The notes below the pieces were generated by a model. It ran no database searches. It saw only the letters and a list, made by a program, of their open reading frames with translations, and was not told the origin of the DNA. 64,000 bases of DNA from NCBI GenBank assembly GCA_045627385.1, contig JAZQNO010000007.1, positions 28,868-92,867 on the forward strand. The letters run 5' to 3'. The position numbers were made by a program, and so were the translations under genes. Numbering within the stretch: position 1 is the stretch's first letter; each line of letters begins with the position of its first letter. Shown in pieces: positions 27,944-36,840 of the stretch. Origin of the DNA: Bacteroidales bacterium (GTDB taxonomy: Bacteria; Bacteroidota; Bacteroidia; Bacteroidales; UBA1402).

Positions 27944-30181
27944 TTACGGCATCGGGCTCAGATTCTCCCAACGCACGTTCCAAGTGCCGTCATCGGGGAA
28001 TCCCGGGCCGCCTACATGGGTCACAGGCGTTTCTGCAGCGACGTTCTGTCTGTGTTTCGAATTGACCTCGTCCCAACCGGCGCACATCATGGCGACAGCC
28101 GTCAGCAGACCGCCGTTGCCCGGCAGATAGATGCGCAAACGGGCATCCTGATAGTTGTGACCGTTAGGCAGATAGGTGTTGGTACGGCGGTCCATAAGCA
28201 AAGCGCCCACAGCCTGTTCGGGACGTCCAAGACGGGCGGCGCACATGGCGGTCATCGGATAATCCCAGCCCCAAGTCTTGCCCCAGTTCCAGTTGTCCCA
28301 AATCCAATCGAACGTGTTGCCCATAATATCCTTGCGTATCAGGCTGTTGTTGGGAAGCACGCCCAAAGCGCCCAAAATGGCCGGATGGTCGGACGTATAA
28401 CGGATGTCCACATAAGTGTCGGTAGCCGTTTCGGCAGCCAGATAAAGTTTGTCTTCGTTATAGGCCAGCGGCGAGAGTTTGTCGAGAATGGTCTCCCAAT
28501 TCATATTGCGCTGCATTCCGCAGAGTTCACGCCAATGCTGGGCCGTCTTGAGTGCGAAATGCACATAGGAAAGTTCAAAGGGCGGGTTGATGGTTTCGGA
28601 AGCCTTCAGGGTTTCCTGGGCAGGAATGAGACCCTGGATGATGTAGCGGTCTCCCATTCCGTCGTAATCCACGAAACTGGCAATGAAATCGGCCGACTGG
28701 AATACCAGATCCTTGTATTTTTCCACAACGGCCTGACCGTCTTCTTGATTGCGGCGCAAAAGTTCTGCCATATAAATAAGGTGCGGCTGCTGCCAAAGCA
28801 GGAAAGAGCCGACCGACGACGGAGCCTCAATAGCCGAAGGATCGGTCATCTTCATCCAGCGGATACCTTCGAATCCCTGACGACGGGCGATGGAACGGGC
28901 GTAGTCGGCAGCCGAAAAATACCATTCGAGACTGGGCTCGAGCAGTTCGTCACGCTGCCAGAGCGCAAACTGGGCCTCGTGCCACCAATGCATTTCCAAA
29001 TGATACTTGCCATACCAGCTGTTGAAGGTGAGTCCGGTTTCCTGAGGCGGATAGATGCCGGCGCACTGGATGGCCAGCAGATATTCGGAGAGGACCACGC
29101 GTCGTTCCAATTCGGGAGCGCGCGGATCGGTGCATTCGGAAAAATCGACGGCGCCGCCGGTCTGCCAGAACTGAGCCCAATGCTCGGCCGAAGCCTCAAA
29201 GACTGCCCGGGCATCGGCAGAAGTTTCCTCCTGCGGTAGAGCCGACAGATATTCGGTGGTAAAATCCAGACTGCTTCCATTGCAGGCAATCAGAGAAAAC
29301 GCGTGCGGTTCTTTGAGGCGGTCAAAGACAGCATCGCCCTTCCAGGAAATCTTCACATAGTAGACCGTTTCGTCCAAAGTGCGTTTCAGCAGCACTTCAC
29401 CTGACTTTTGGCTGACAATGTCGGTGCGGTGTTTCTGGGGTTTGGTCCAGTCGCTGGCATCGTCCACATGGCCTCCGGTAGGATACGGGAACGACCAGCG
29501 GACACTCACACGCCGCTGTGCCAGCAGATCCGACTCGAGATGGAAAGCCACGCGGTCGGCATCGGGGTCGCAGGCAGTGCGTACATTCACCTTGGTTCCG
29601 TCCACATCGAAGGAGCTGCTGATGCAGCCGGCCCACAAGTCGAGCGTCTGGTCGATATTGGAAATCTCCTGCCAAGACACGTTCTTGCCTTCGCCGTCAT
29701 ACATGACCAAACCGACATAGCCCAAATGGAGACGGTGCGGATTGACGCGGAAATATTCCGAAGCCTCGTGGTTGCGGCTGCGATCCTTGAACTGAATGGC
29801 ATAGAGTTCCTCCTTGCCGCGGAAATCGTAGGCGCGGAAAGTTTCTTCAGGCATGTAGCCGCCGGTGTTCGGGAAACTGTGCCATCCCCAATGGGACTGA
29901 GTTCCCAAAGCGACACCTTTGACATAATGTTCCGGAAACGACTGCATACCGGTGGCGTCCACGGTAAATGCGAAATTGCCGTTGCCCACAGACAGACTCG
30001 ACAGAGAATCGAAACTGTTGATGTGCGGGAAATTGCGGGTTACCAGAGCCTGCCGGTCGATTGGAGCCTCCTGCTTGGCGAAACAGGACGAATGGGCGAC
30101 CCAATCAATGGCGACAGCCACAATCAGAGCCACAACCAAAGCCAGCACAAACCACTGACGGGTAGATTTCATTTCTTTCAT
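27944..30181 (-). CDS. putative glycoside hydrolase, (alpha/alpha)6-type, family not recognised
   Basis: 745 aa with an N-terminal membrane or signal anchor. It has SLSVGNGNFAF near the N-terminus (reminiscent of GH95/GH65-clan N-domains) and a Trp/His-rich helical C-terminal half. The assignment is tentative. Confidence 0.4.
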   Translation of the reverse strand: MKEMKSTRQWFVLALVVALIVAVAIDWVAHSSCFAKQEAPIDRQALVTRNFPHINSFDSLSSLSVGNGNFAFTVDATGMQSFPEHYVKGVALGTQSHWGWHSFPNTGGYMPEETFRAYDFRGKEELYAIQFKDRSRNHEASEYFRVNPHRLHLGYVGLVMYDGEGKNVSWQEISNIDQTLDLWAGCISSSFDVDGTKVNVRTACDPDADRVAFHLESDLLAQRRVSVRWSFPYPTGGHVDDASDWTKPQKHRTDIVSQKSGEVLLKRTLDETVYYVKISWKGDAVFDRLKEPHAFSLIACNGSSLDFTTEYLSALPQEETSADARAVFEASAEHWAQFWQTGGAVDFSECTDPRAPELERRVVLSEYLLAIQCAGIYPPQETGLTFNSWYGKYHLEMHWWHEAQFALWQRDELLEPSLEWYFSAADYARSIARRQGFEGIRWMKMTDPSAIEAPSSVGSFLLWQQPHLIYMAELLRRNQEDGQAVVEKYKDLVFQSADFIASFVDYDGMGDRYIIQGLIPAQETLKASETINPPFELSYVHFALKTAQHWRELCGMQRNMNWETILDKLSPLAYNEDKLYLAAETATDTYVDIRYTSDHPAILGALGVLPNNSLIRKDIMGNTFDWIWDNWNWGKTWGWDYPMTAMCAARLGRPEQAVGALLMDRRTNTYLPNGHNYQDARLRIYLPGNGGLLTAVAMMCAGWDEVNSKHRQNVAAETPVTHVGGPGFPDDGTWNVRWENLSPMP

Positions 30182-30210
30182 GATTATTATGAAAAAAGGA
30201 ATGACGGGAC

Positions 30211-31626
30211 TTACAGATTCTCGCTGAAAGCTTTCTCGACAAAGTCGACAATCGGCTGCGGATTGTCGAGACTATGGGGATGATGGTCACATTTCTTTTT
30301 GAGGATCACATCGATATTGCCGCCAAGGGCACGGTATTTCTTTACCAGAAGAGCACCGTTCTCCTTGTAAGGGACCACCTTGTCCTTCTTGCCGGCCACC
30401 AGCAGAACGGGTATGTTCTTTTCGGCAATCGGTTCCAGACAATCGAGCGGATTGCCATTGAAGCCCGACATGTCGCTGCCGTCGAGTTTCCACTTGGCCA
30501 GGAACTGGTTCCACTCGGCATTCCACTGCGGACGGTCATTGCCCGGCCAACTGTAGACGTCACAGACCGGAGCGTCCAGATACAGGCCTGCCACTTTGTG
30601 CGGACACATGGCCGCCCAGTCGATAGCATACATGCCGCCACGACTGAAGCCTTCGATGACCATCTTCTTACTGAAACCGTAGTGCTTCGTCAGATATTTG
30701 TAAAGCTGGTCACCGGCTTTCAAAGCTTCCAGAGAGGCATAATCGTCGGCAACATCGTAATAGACGACAAAATAGCCTTTTTCAAGCAAAGCTTTGTCGG
30801 CCTGAGCGAAGGCACCGAAGAAAGCGGGACGCCAGATCCAGGGATTGCCCTCCGCAGGCTGAGCCGGAATCACCAGTTTGCCCTGATGTTCCTTGAAATT
30901 GAAATGATAGCAGTCATAGCCTTCCCATGTTTCTTTGACACCGGGATAAGACTGAGGCTGGAACGAACCAGGGAGAGGACGGCCCGTGATGACCTTGTAC
31001 AGGATGGTCGCTATGCCGAGCGCACCTTCCTCGTTGGGATGGATGCGGTCATTGAAAAGTTCGGGATGATTGGTGAAAGGTTGATAGAGATCCACCACTT
31101 GAGCGCCTGTCAGAGCGGCGATCGAGTCGATGTAGGGGCAGACCTCGGTACGGATGATGCTGTCGTTGATGCCCCAGTCAAGACTGTAGGCGGGCACCGG
31201 ATAGCAGATGTAGATTTTGGGATGCGATTCCAAAGCCTGGAAAGCGCGGACCATGGTCTCAAGATTCTTGGGATATTCCTCTTTGTATTGCCAGTTCATC
31301 GGTTTGGTGTCATTCGTACCCAGTTTGATGGTGACGATATCGGGGCAGAAAGCCAGCGCATCCTGATACATCTGCTCTTTCATGTAAGGGAGGTTGCCTT
31401 TGTCGAGCATCGTGCGACCGCTGAATCCGTAATTGCGCACCTCGTAGCGTTTTCCAAGCATCTGCGAAAGCAGACCGGGGTAGCTGTCACGGTGTTCGTT
31501 TTTGATGGTGGAACCTTGAGTGATACTGTTTCCGACACAGGCGACTTTGACAACCGGCTCGGCCTTAAGAGTTGACACTGTCAGCAAAGCCGTCAGTATC
31601 AGGGATAAATGACAAATATTTCTCAT
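30211..31626 (-). CDS. two-domain esterase: SGNH hydrolase fused to an alpha/beta-hydrolase
   Basis: The N-terminal half has VACVGNSITQGS, FSGRT and GTNDT (SGNH blocks). The C-terminal half has GFSRGG (GxSxG) and a dienelactone-hydrolase-like tail. It is the first gene of the PUL operon. Confidence 0.75.
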   Translation of the reverse strand: MRNICHLSLILTALLTVSTLKAEPVVKVACVGNSITQGSTIKNEHRDSYPGLLSQMLGKRYEVRNYGFSGRTMLDKGNLPYMKEQMYQDALAFCPDIVTIKLGTNDTKPMNWQYKEEYPKNLETMVRAFQALESHPKIYICYPVPAYSLDWGINDSIIRTEVCPYIDSIAALTGAQVVDLYQPFTNHPELFNDRIHPNEEGALGIATILYKVITGRPLPGSFQPQSYPGVKETWEGYDCYHFNFKEHQGKLVIPAQPAEGNPWIWRPAFFGAFAQADKALLEKGYFVVYYDVADDYASLEALKAGDQLYKYLTKHYGFSKKMVIEGFSRGGMYAIDWAAMCPHKVAGLYLDAPVCDVYSWPGNDRPQWNAEWNQFLAKWKLDGSDMSGFNGNPLDCLEPIAEKNIPVLLVAGKKDKVVPYKENGALLVKKYRALGGNIDVILKKKCDHHPHSLDNPQPIVDFVEKAFSENL

Positions 31627-31679
31627 TTTTGCAGTTATTTTTGGTCATGAGTGTGCACATTTGCACAATCTTGAACCGA

Positions 31680-31687
31680 CAAATATA
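31680..31687 (-). promoter_or_regulatory. -7 box TATATTTG, candidate PUL operon promoter
   Basis: Exact TAnnTTTG match on the minus strand, 54 nt upstream of the ATG at 31626. Confidence 0.5.
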
Positions 31688-31698
31688 TGAATTATTCT

Positions 31699-31706
31699 TA
31701 TTTTTG
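31699..31706 (+). promoter_or_regulatory. -7 box TATTTTTG for the DUF4861 gene
   Basis: Exact TAnnTTTG match 35 nt upstream of the ATG at 31741. It is divergent from the PUL promoter. Confidence 0.5.
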
Positions 31707-31740
31707 CATCAAAATCAAAACCAAAAAAACCATCCCGACA

Positions 31741-32958
31741 ATGAAAAGAAATTTCTTCATCGGACTGTCCGCACTTCTGATGTGCGCCTGCAGCCAACCC
31801 AAAACGCTCGAAGTAAGCGTTGCCAACCCTTATGACAACGATCGCGAAAACGAATGCATCGAACTCTGCTACGACGCTTTGCAGGAAGCTCTCGGCGTGA
31901 AAGCCGACCAACCGCTCGTTGTGCTCGACGCCGAAGGCAACGAAGTCTGCTCGCAGATACTTTACCACGCCTGCCACTGCCTGCGCATCGTATTCCAAGC
32001 CAGTGTGAAAGCAGGCGACACAGCCGTCTACACCATCGCCCCGGGCGAACGCTCCGAATTTCCCGTCAAGGCCCAGACCACGTTCATGCCTCGCCGCAAA
32101 GACGACATTTCCTGGGAAAACGACTGCGCCATCTACCGGATGTACGGTCCCGCACTGGTCACCGACCCCGTTGAAGGTATGGTCAGCGGCGGTATCGACG
32201 TGTGGGTGAAACGCACTCGCGAAATGGTCAGCCAGAAGTGGTATCAGGACGAATTCGACGGCAAGAGCAGCTACCACAACGACAACGGCGAGGGCCTTGA
32301 TTTCTACAGTGTCGGCACCACACTCGGAGCTGGAGCCATGGCTCCCTTCATCGACGGCAAGCTCTGCTATGTGGGCAACAATTTCGTCAAGTACGACATT
32401 CTCGAAAACGGCCCCATCCGCACCGTCTTCCGCCTGGAGTACGAAGCCTACGACGTCAACGGACAGGCTGTGAGCGAAACCCGCACCGTCACGCTGAACG
32501 CCGGTTCCTATCTGAACCAGTTCGTCATCCGCTACGACAGTCTGCTGGCCGAAGGCACCACGCTGGCCGCCGGTTTCCCCTTCAGAGGTTTCACCGAGCC
32601 GTGCAAGACCAAGGTTGACAAACGCGGCCTGGCCGACTGTCAGGACATCGTCGCCTGCCAGAAGAACGGATTCGTCGCCTATGCCGAACCCGCAGTCGAA
32701 GGCAAGGGCGTCATCTACCTGGCCAGCATCCTGCCGACCGAAGCCAGCGAGCAGCTGATTTCCAACAATCACATCCTCAACTGCACCACTTACGAAGGCA
32801 AGCCTGTGGTCTACTACGCCGGCGGCGCCTGGAACCAGGACATCTTCCCCACCCTCAAGGACTGGACCGACTATGTGGCCGCCTACGCCTTCCGCGTACG
32901 CAATCCGCTGAGTGTGGAAATTTCGATGTGCGAAGGAGACAACTGCTGCGAGAAATAG
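31741..32958 (+). CDS. DUF4861-like lipoprotein (family often next to pectin/uronate genes)
   Basis: Start trimmed to MKRNFFIGLSALLMCACS (lipobox) because it lies downstream of the -7 box. Overall similarity to DUF4861 is from memory. Confidence 0.6.
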   Translation: MKRNFFIGLSALLMCACSQPKTLEVSVANPYDNDRENECIELCYDALQEALGVKADQPLVVLDAEGNEVCSQILYHACHCLRIVFQASVKAGDTAVYTIAPGERSEFPVKAQTTFMPRRKDDISWENDCAIYRMYGPALVTDPVEGMVSGGIDVWVKRTREMVSQKWYQDEFDGKSSYHNDNGEGLDFYSVGTTLGAGAMAPFIDGKLCYVGNNFVKYDILENGPIRTVFRLEYEAYDVNGQAVSETRTVTLNAGSYLNQFVIRYDSLLAEGTTLAAGFPFRGFTEPCKTKVDKRGLADCQDIVACQKNGFVAYAEPAVEGKGVIYLASILPTEASEQLISNNHILNCTTYEGKPVVYYAGGAWNQDIFPTLKDWTDYVAAYAFRVRNPLSVEISMCEGDNCCEK

Positions 32959-32959
32959 T

Positions 32960-34210
32960 ATGGCTGTCAGCGAGATATATCTTCGCAAAGGAAAAGACGA
33001 ATCCATCAGACGCCATCATCCCTGGATCTTTTCGGGGGCCATCGGACGCATCGTCTGCGACAGCGATCCTGTCGAAGGCGATGTGGTCGACGTTTATGAC
33101 TGTCAGGGAGAATTCCTTGCCCGCGGACACTTTCAGGAAAGCTCCATCGCTGTCCGCATTCTAAGTTTCAAAAAAGAAGATTTCGACCTAGACTGGTGGG
33201 TCGGACGCATCGGTAACGCCCGCCGCGTGCGCGAAGCCCTCGGCTTCCGCACCGCGGCGGACCTCACGGACGGCGGTTCACCTGCGGACAGCTGTTCACG
33301 GCCGACCGACTGCTACCGGCTGGTTCACGGCGAGGGCGACAACCTGTCGGGCCTCATCATCGACATTTACGGGCAAAGCGCTGTCATCCAGTGCCACAGT
33401 TGGGGCATGTACCGCCAACGCACCCTCATCGCACAGGCGCTGAAACAGGTCTTCGGCGAAGCCCTAAGCGCCATCTACGACAAGAGCAGCCAGACGCTTC
33501 CCGACATCGGTCAGAAGGCCGAAGACGGCTATCTTTTCGGGAACACCCCCACCGGCATCGCATGCGAACACGGTCACAAGTATCTGATTGATTGGGAGAA
33601 CGGTCAGAAGACCGGCTTCTTTCTGGACCAGCGCGACAATCGCGCGCTGGTGGAGCGCTACGCCCGCGGACGCAAGGTGCTGAACACCTTCTGCTACACG
33701 GGCGGTTTTTCGGTCTGCGCCTTGGCCGGCGGCGCCGAGGAAGTGCTCTCCATCGACGCTTCCGAAAAGGCCATCGCGCTGGCCGACAGGAATGTAGAAC
33801 TCAATTTCGGAAAGAATTGCGAAACGGATTCCCTTGCGGCGCGTCACCACAGTATGGTCTGCGACGCCGTGGAGTATCTCAAGACAATGGACGACAGTTT
33901 CGACCTGATTATCCTCGACCCGCCGGCATTCGCCAAACACCACCGGGTGAGCGACGAAGCGCTCAAAGGCTACCGGCGCATCAACGCGCGCGCCCTCTCG
34001 CACATCCGTCCCGGCGGCATTCTGTTCACCTTCTCCTGCTCTCAGGCCATTTCCAAGGAAATGTTCCGCACGCAAGTCTTCTCCGCAGCCGCCATTGCCG
34101 GCCGCAAAGTGCGCGTGCTGCACCAGCTGACCCAGGCCCCCGACCACCCCGTGAACATCTATCATCCCGAGGGCGAATATCTCAAGGGCCTGGTGCTGTA
34201 TGTAGAGTAG
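32960..34210 (+). CDS. rlmI: class I SAM-dependent 23S rRNA (cytosine-C5) methyltransferase, RlmI-like
   Basis: MAVSEIYLRKGKDESIRRHHPWIFSGAI (PUA-like N-terminus), VLNTFCYTGGFS and LDPPAF motifs. Starts 1 nt after the previous stop. Confidence 0.8.
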   Translation: MAVSEIYLRKGKDESIRRHHPWIFSGAIGRIVCDSDPVEGDVVDVYDCQGEFLARGHFQESSIAVRILSFKKEDFDLDWWVGRIGNARRVREALGFRTAADLTDGGSPADSCSRPTDCYRLVHGEGDNLSGLIIDIYGQSAVIQCHSWGMYRQRTLIAQALKQVFGEALSAIYDKSSQTLPDIGQKAEDGYLFGNTPTGIACEHGHKYLIDWENGQKTGFFLDQRDNRALVERYARGRKVLNTFCYTGGFSVCALAGGAEEVLSIDASEKAIALADRNVELNFGKNCETDSLAARHHSMVCDAVEYLKTMDDSFDLIILDPPAFAKHHRVSDEALKGYRRINARALSHIRPGGILFTFSCSQAISKEMFRTQVFSAAAIAGRKVRVLHQLTQAPDHPVNIYHPEGEYLKGLVLYVE

Positions 34211-34218
34211 TCAGATGA

Positions 34219-35742
34219 TTATTCGGCCAGTCGGAAAATGACGGGGATGACATTGTTCACGCGGACCGTCTTCCCGTTCTGTGTACCGGGGGTCCAGGCC
34301 GGCATGGCCGAAATCACTCTGAGGGCTTCCTGATCGAGCAGTTCGTTATCGCTGCTTTTCAGTATTTTGCATTCAGAGATGCTTCCGTCTTTTTCAATCA
34401 CGAAAGAGACCAGTACACGTCCTTCGATACCGTTCTTTGCAGCTTCTGCGGGATACTTGAGGCTATTGATCATGTATTCCGTCATAGCCTTGTTGCCACC
34501 CGGAAACTTCGGCATGTTCTCAACCGCCGTGAACGCTTCTTCACGTTCCAATTTACCGACAGTGACCTTCAGACAACGGTTGTCTCTCAAGATTTCCCTG
34601 ACATCGGCCATCCTGTTGTCTGGATCTTCTCCGACCAGCACGACGGCACTTGCCACCTTATTTTTACGGACAATCTTTCCCAACTCTTCCAAATCTTCCA
34701 CCACAACGGGCAGACTTTCCTTTTCCGATTGAGGATACACATAACTCACTCTGTTGTCAATGATGATTTTGACAACATTCTCATTGGCCGTTCCGGCATT
34801 CTGGCGTTCAGCCGCACAGACATTGTTTCCACAGACAAGCGACATCAGCATGAATGCGGGAATCACGGCCAGAAGGCCCAGGGTTCTTTTCTTCATTGTC
34901 TTTACTTTCTTCATCATAGCGATACGTTTTTTAATGTTTGAATGGAAAGAACTGGCCAACGCATAGGCCTCTGCACCGACAGTTCTCATAATCAGCAGTC
35001 TCTGATAATCCTTTTCTTCGATGCCATAACGATTGATCACTTCGTCGTCGGCTTCGTATTCGTGGACTATCTTTATTTCTTTCATTATCAGCCAGCAGAC
35101 CGGGTTGACAATGGTACAGGCAAGCAAGAATGCCAAGTCGGCACCATGACAGAGTCGGATGTGCGACACCTCGTGACGCAGACTGGCACGGCGGGCAAAA
35201 CCGTTTTCAGACTTGGATATGACAATGTAATTCATCCAACTGAAAGGGCCGAAGGCCTCGTCATGCAACACGACCCGAATCTGACCCAAACGGAGTCGGT
35301 CATTGCCATGCCGACCGATGCGGCGACCGCCTATACGACGAACCTTTTTGCCTTTCAGAAAACGGCGGGTCTTGACAATCGACCGCGTCCAACCCGTCAC
35401 CAGCACTGTCACATAGACCGTCCAGCAGCCAATCAGCAGCCAGGCCCAAAGGAATTCGGCGTTTTCGGGGACGGCAGCCAGGCGATGGTCGCCTCCATAG
35501 ACGGTCACAGCCTGCAAGGTCTGGGCAAATGCCGTGTTCTGTATGGCAAGACTCTGTGTTTGAGGAAGATTCAGCCTGACGAAAGGCACCACTGCCGACA
35601 GCACGCACGAGGCAAGCAGATAGATACGGTTGAATCGATGCAGCGTAGTGCCGCTGAAACAGAGTTTGTAGACGGCCAGCAGGAGCAGCAGGCACAAGGC
35701 CCACATCAATACGAAAAACACGATATTTCCCATAGTTGTCAT
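34219..35742 (-). CDS. BlaR1/M56-family sensor peptidase with a C-terminal TonB domain
   Basis: Multiple TM segments, a HEVSHIRLCH zinc motif, and the C-terminal TonB-C signature FPGGNKAMTEYMINSLKYPAEAAKNGIEGRVLVSFVIEKDG. Confidence 0.8.
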   Translation of the reverse strand: MTTMGNIVFFVLMWALCLLLLLAVYKLCFSGTTLHRFNRIYLLASCVLSAVVPFVRLNLPQTQSLAIQNTAFAQTLQAVTVYGGDHRLAAVPENAEFLWAWLLIGCWTVYVTVLVTGWTRSIVKTRRFLKGKKVRRIGGRRIGRHGNDRLRLGQIRVVLHDEAFGPFSWMNYIVISKSENGFARRASLRHEVSHIRLCHGADLAFLLACTIVNPVCWLIMKEIKIVHEYEADDEVINRYGIEEKDYQRLLIMRTVGAEAYALASSFHSNIKKRIAMMKKVKTMKKRTLGLLAVIPAFMLMSLVCGNNVCAAERQNAGTANENVVKIIIDNRVSYVYPQSEKESLPVVVEDLEELGKIVRKNKVASAVVLVGEDPDNRMADVREILRDNRCLKVTVGKLEREEAFTAVENMPKFPGGNKAMTEYMINSLKYPAEAAKNGIEGRVLVSFVIEKDGSISECKILKSSDNELLDQEALRVISAMPAWTPGTQNGKTVRVNNVIPVIFRLAE

Positions 35743-36149
35743 TCTTTCACATCAGACTGGCCGACTTCTAAGGTCTTGGCGGCGGTTTGGGAATCGCCTT
35801 CGACCATACGGATGAGTTGTTTGAGCTCTTCAATGCTGACCTCCTGCTGTTCGACCAGACAGGAGATGAATTGCATGTACGATCCGGCAAACAGTTTGCC
35901 CACACTTTCACGGTTGAGGGCCTCCGCATATTTGTCCTTCGTGATGGCCGCCTCGTACAGAAAGAACCGCGCTCCCAGTTCTTTGTGAACAATCATGCCG
36001 TTGGTTTCGAGCCGACGCACGAAGGTCGACACGGTGTTGAAATGAGGCTTTGGGGCGGGTATTTTCTCCACGATGTCATGCATTGACAGTGCTCCGTTCT
36101 CCCAAAGCAATGTCATGATTGTCAATTCTTTGTCTGTCAATTTTTTCAT
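35739..36149 (-). CDS. BlaI/MecI/CopY-family winged-helix repressor
   Basis: 136 aa containing LTDKELTIMTLLWENG. It overlaps the downstream M56 gene by 4 nt (ATGA). Confidence 0.85.
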   Translation of the reverse strand: MKKLTDKELTIMTLLWENGALSMHDIVEKIPAPKPHFNTVSTFVRRLETNGMIVHKELGARFFLYEAAITKDKYAEALNRESVGKLFAGSYMQFISCLVEQQEVSIEELKQLIRMVEGDSQTAAKTLEVGQSDVKE

Positions 36150-36245
36150 ATTTCGCAGTTTTGTCCGATTAATTGTCAGTTTGTCGTTCGTGCTTGAATC
36201 CGGTCCGTTTCCAGACTTTTAAACTAAATCACGACGCAAATAAAC

Positions 36246-36256
36246 TACATCTTGTA
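36246..36256. promoter_or_regulatory. candidate BlaI-type operator dyad TACA-N3-TGTA
   Basis: TACATCTTGTA is a TACA/TGTA inverted dyad about 100 nt upstream of the repressor ATG. It is a single occurrence. Confidence 0.25.
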
Positions 36257-36351
36257 ATAATATCAAAACTTTTTTTCGTTTATTTTTCATCAAGCACCAT
36301 TTCCGCACGATGTTCCATAATCATTCATAAAGATATGTGCGGGGAATCCAT

Positions 36352-36359
36352 TACTTTTG
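36352..36359 (+). promoter_or_regulatory. -7 box TACTTTTG for crcB
   Basis: Exact TAnnTTTG match 24 nt upstream of the ATG at 36383. Confidence 0.5.
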
Positions 36360-36382
36360 CAAAATAATAATCGCAAAGAATT

Positions 36383-36745
36383 ATGATTGTAAAAATCCTG
36401 GCTGTCGGCGCCGGCGGCGCCATCGGAGCCATGATGCGCTACGGGATGACGCTCCTGGGGGCGCACTTCCATTGGAACGGCCACCTGCCGACCCTTATCG
36501 TCAACCTCATCGGATCGTTCGCCATAGGATTGCTGGTTTCCAGCTGCGAACAGGGCACTTGGCTGTTGCTGGCCACCGTGGGAATCTGCGGCGGTTTCAC
36601 CACATTCAGCACCTTTTCGATGCAGACTGTCAGCCTGCTCCAGCAAGGCAAATGGGGCACGGCCATCCTTTACATGCTGGCTTCTCTCTTACTCTGCGTC
36701 CTGATGGCCTGGCTGGGCTGCCTGCTCGGTCAGAAACTGAAATGA
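36383..36745 (+). CDS. crcB: fluoride ion channel CrcB/FluC
   Basis: 120 aa with four TM segments. Contains GAGGAIGAMMRY, TLIVNLIGSF and GFTTFSTF. Confidence 0.9.
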   Translation: MIVKILAVGAGGAIGAMMRYGMTLLGAHFHWNGHLPTLIVNLIGSFAIGLLVSSCEQGTWLLLATVGICGGFTTFSTFSMQTVSLLQQGKWGTAILYMLASLLLCVLMAWLGCLLGQKLK

Positions 36746-36840
36746 CACCACCCGCGTCCGACCGCATTCAGCGGCGGACGGCGTAAAAGACAAAGTCTGA
36801 AGGAGACTCTGGAGACTTTGGAGAGGACCGTCTCGGAGAA

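Noticed and set aside
31645-33006. A 453-aa minus-strand ORF opposite the DUF4861 gene, with analogous shadows at 33464-34165, 38258-39274, 39766-40761, 42981-43880, 60857-61516 and 63575-63988
   Set aside because: The same antisense-shadow mechanism applies. The opposite-strand genes have signal peptides, family motifs and promoter boxes, and these ORFs have none of those.
36150-36382. A possible fluoride riboswitch or sRNA in the 233-nt gap before crcB
   Set aside because: I found only a 6-bp CCGCAC/GTGCGG helix with a 30-nt loop. The conserved crcB-motif sequence elements are absent. I kept this as a low-interest finding rather than a feature.
36755-36780. A hairpin CGTCCG(A)CCGC-ATTCA-GCGGCGGACG between the convergent crcB and esterase genes
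   Set aside because: The stem has a bulge and there is no U tract on either strand. It may assist termination but is not convincing as an intrinsic terminator.
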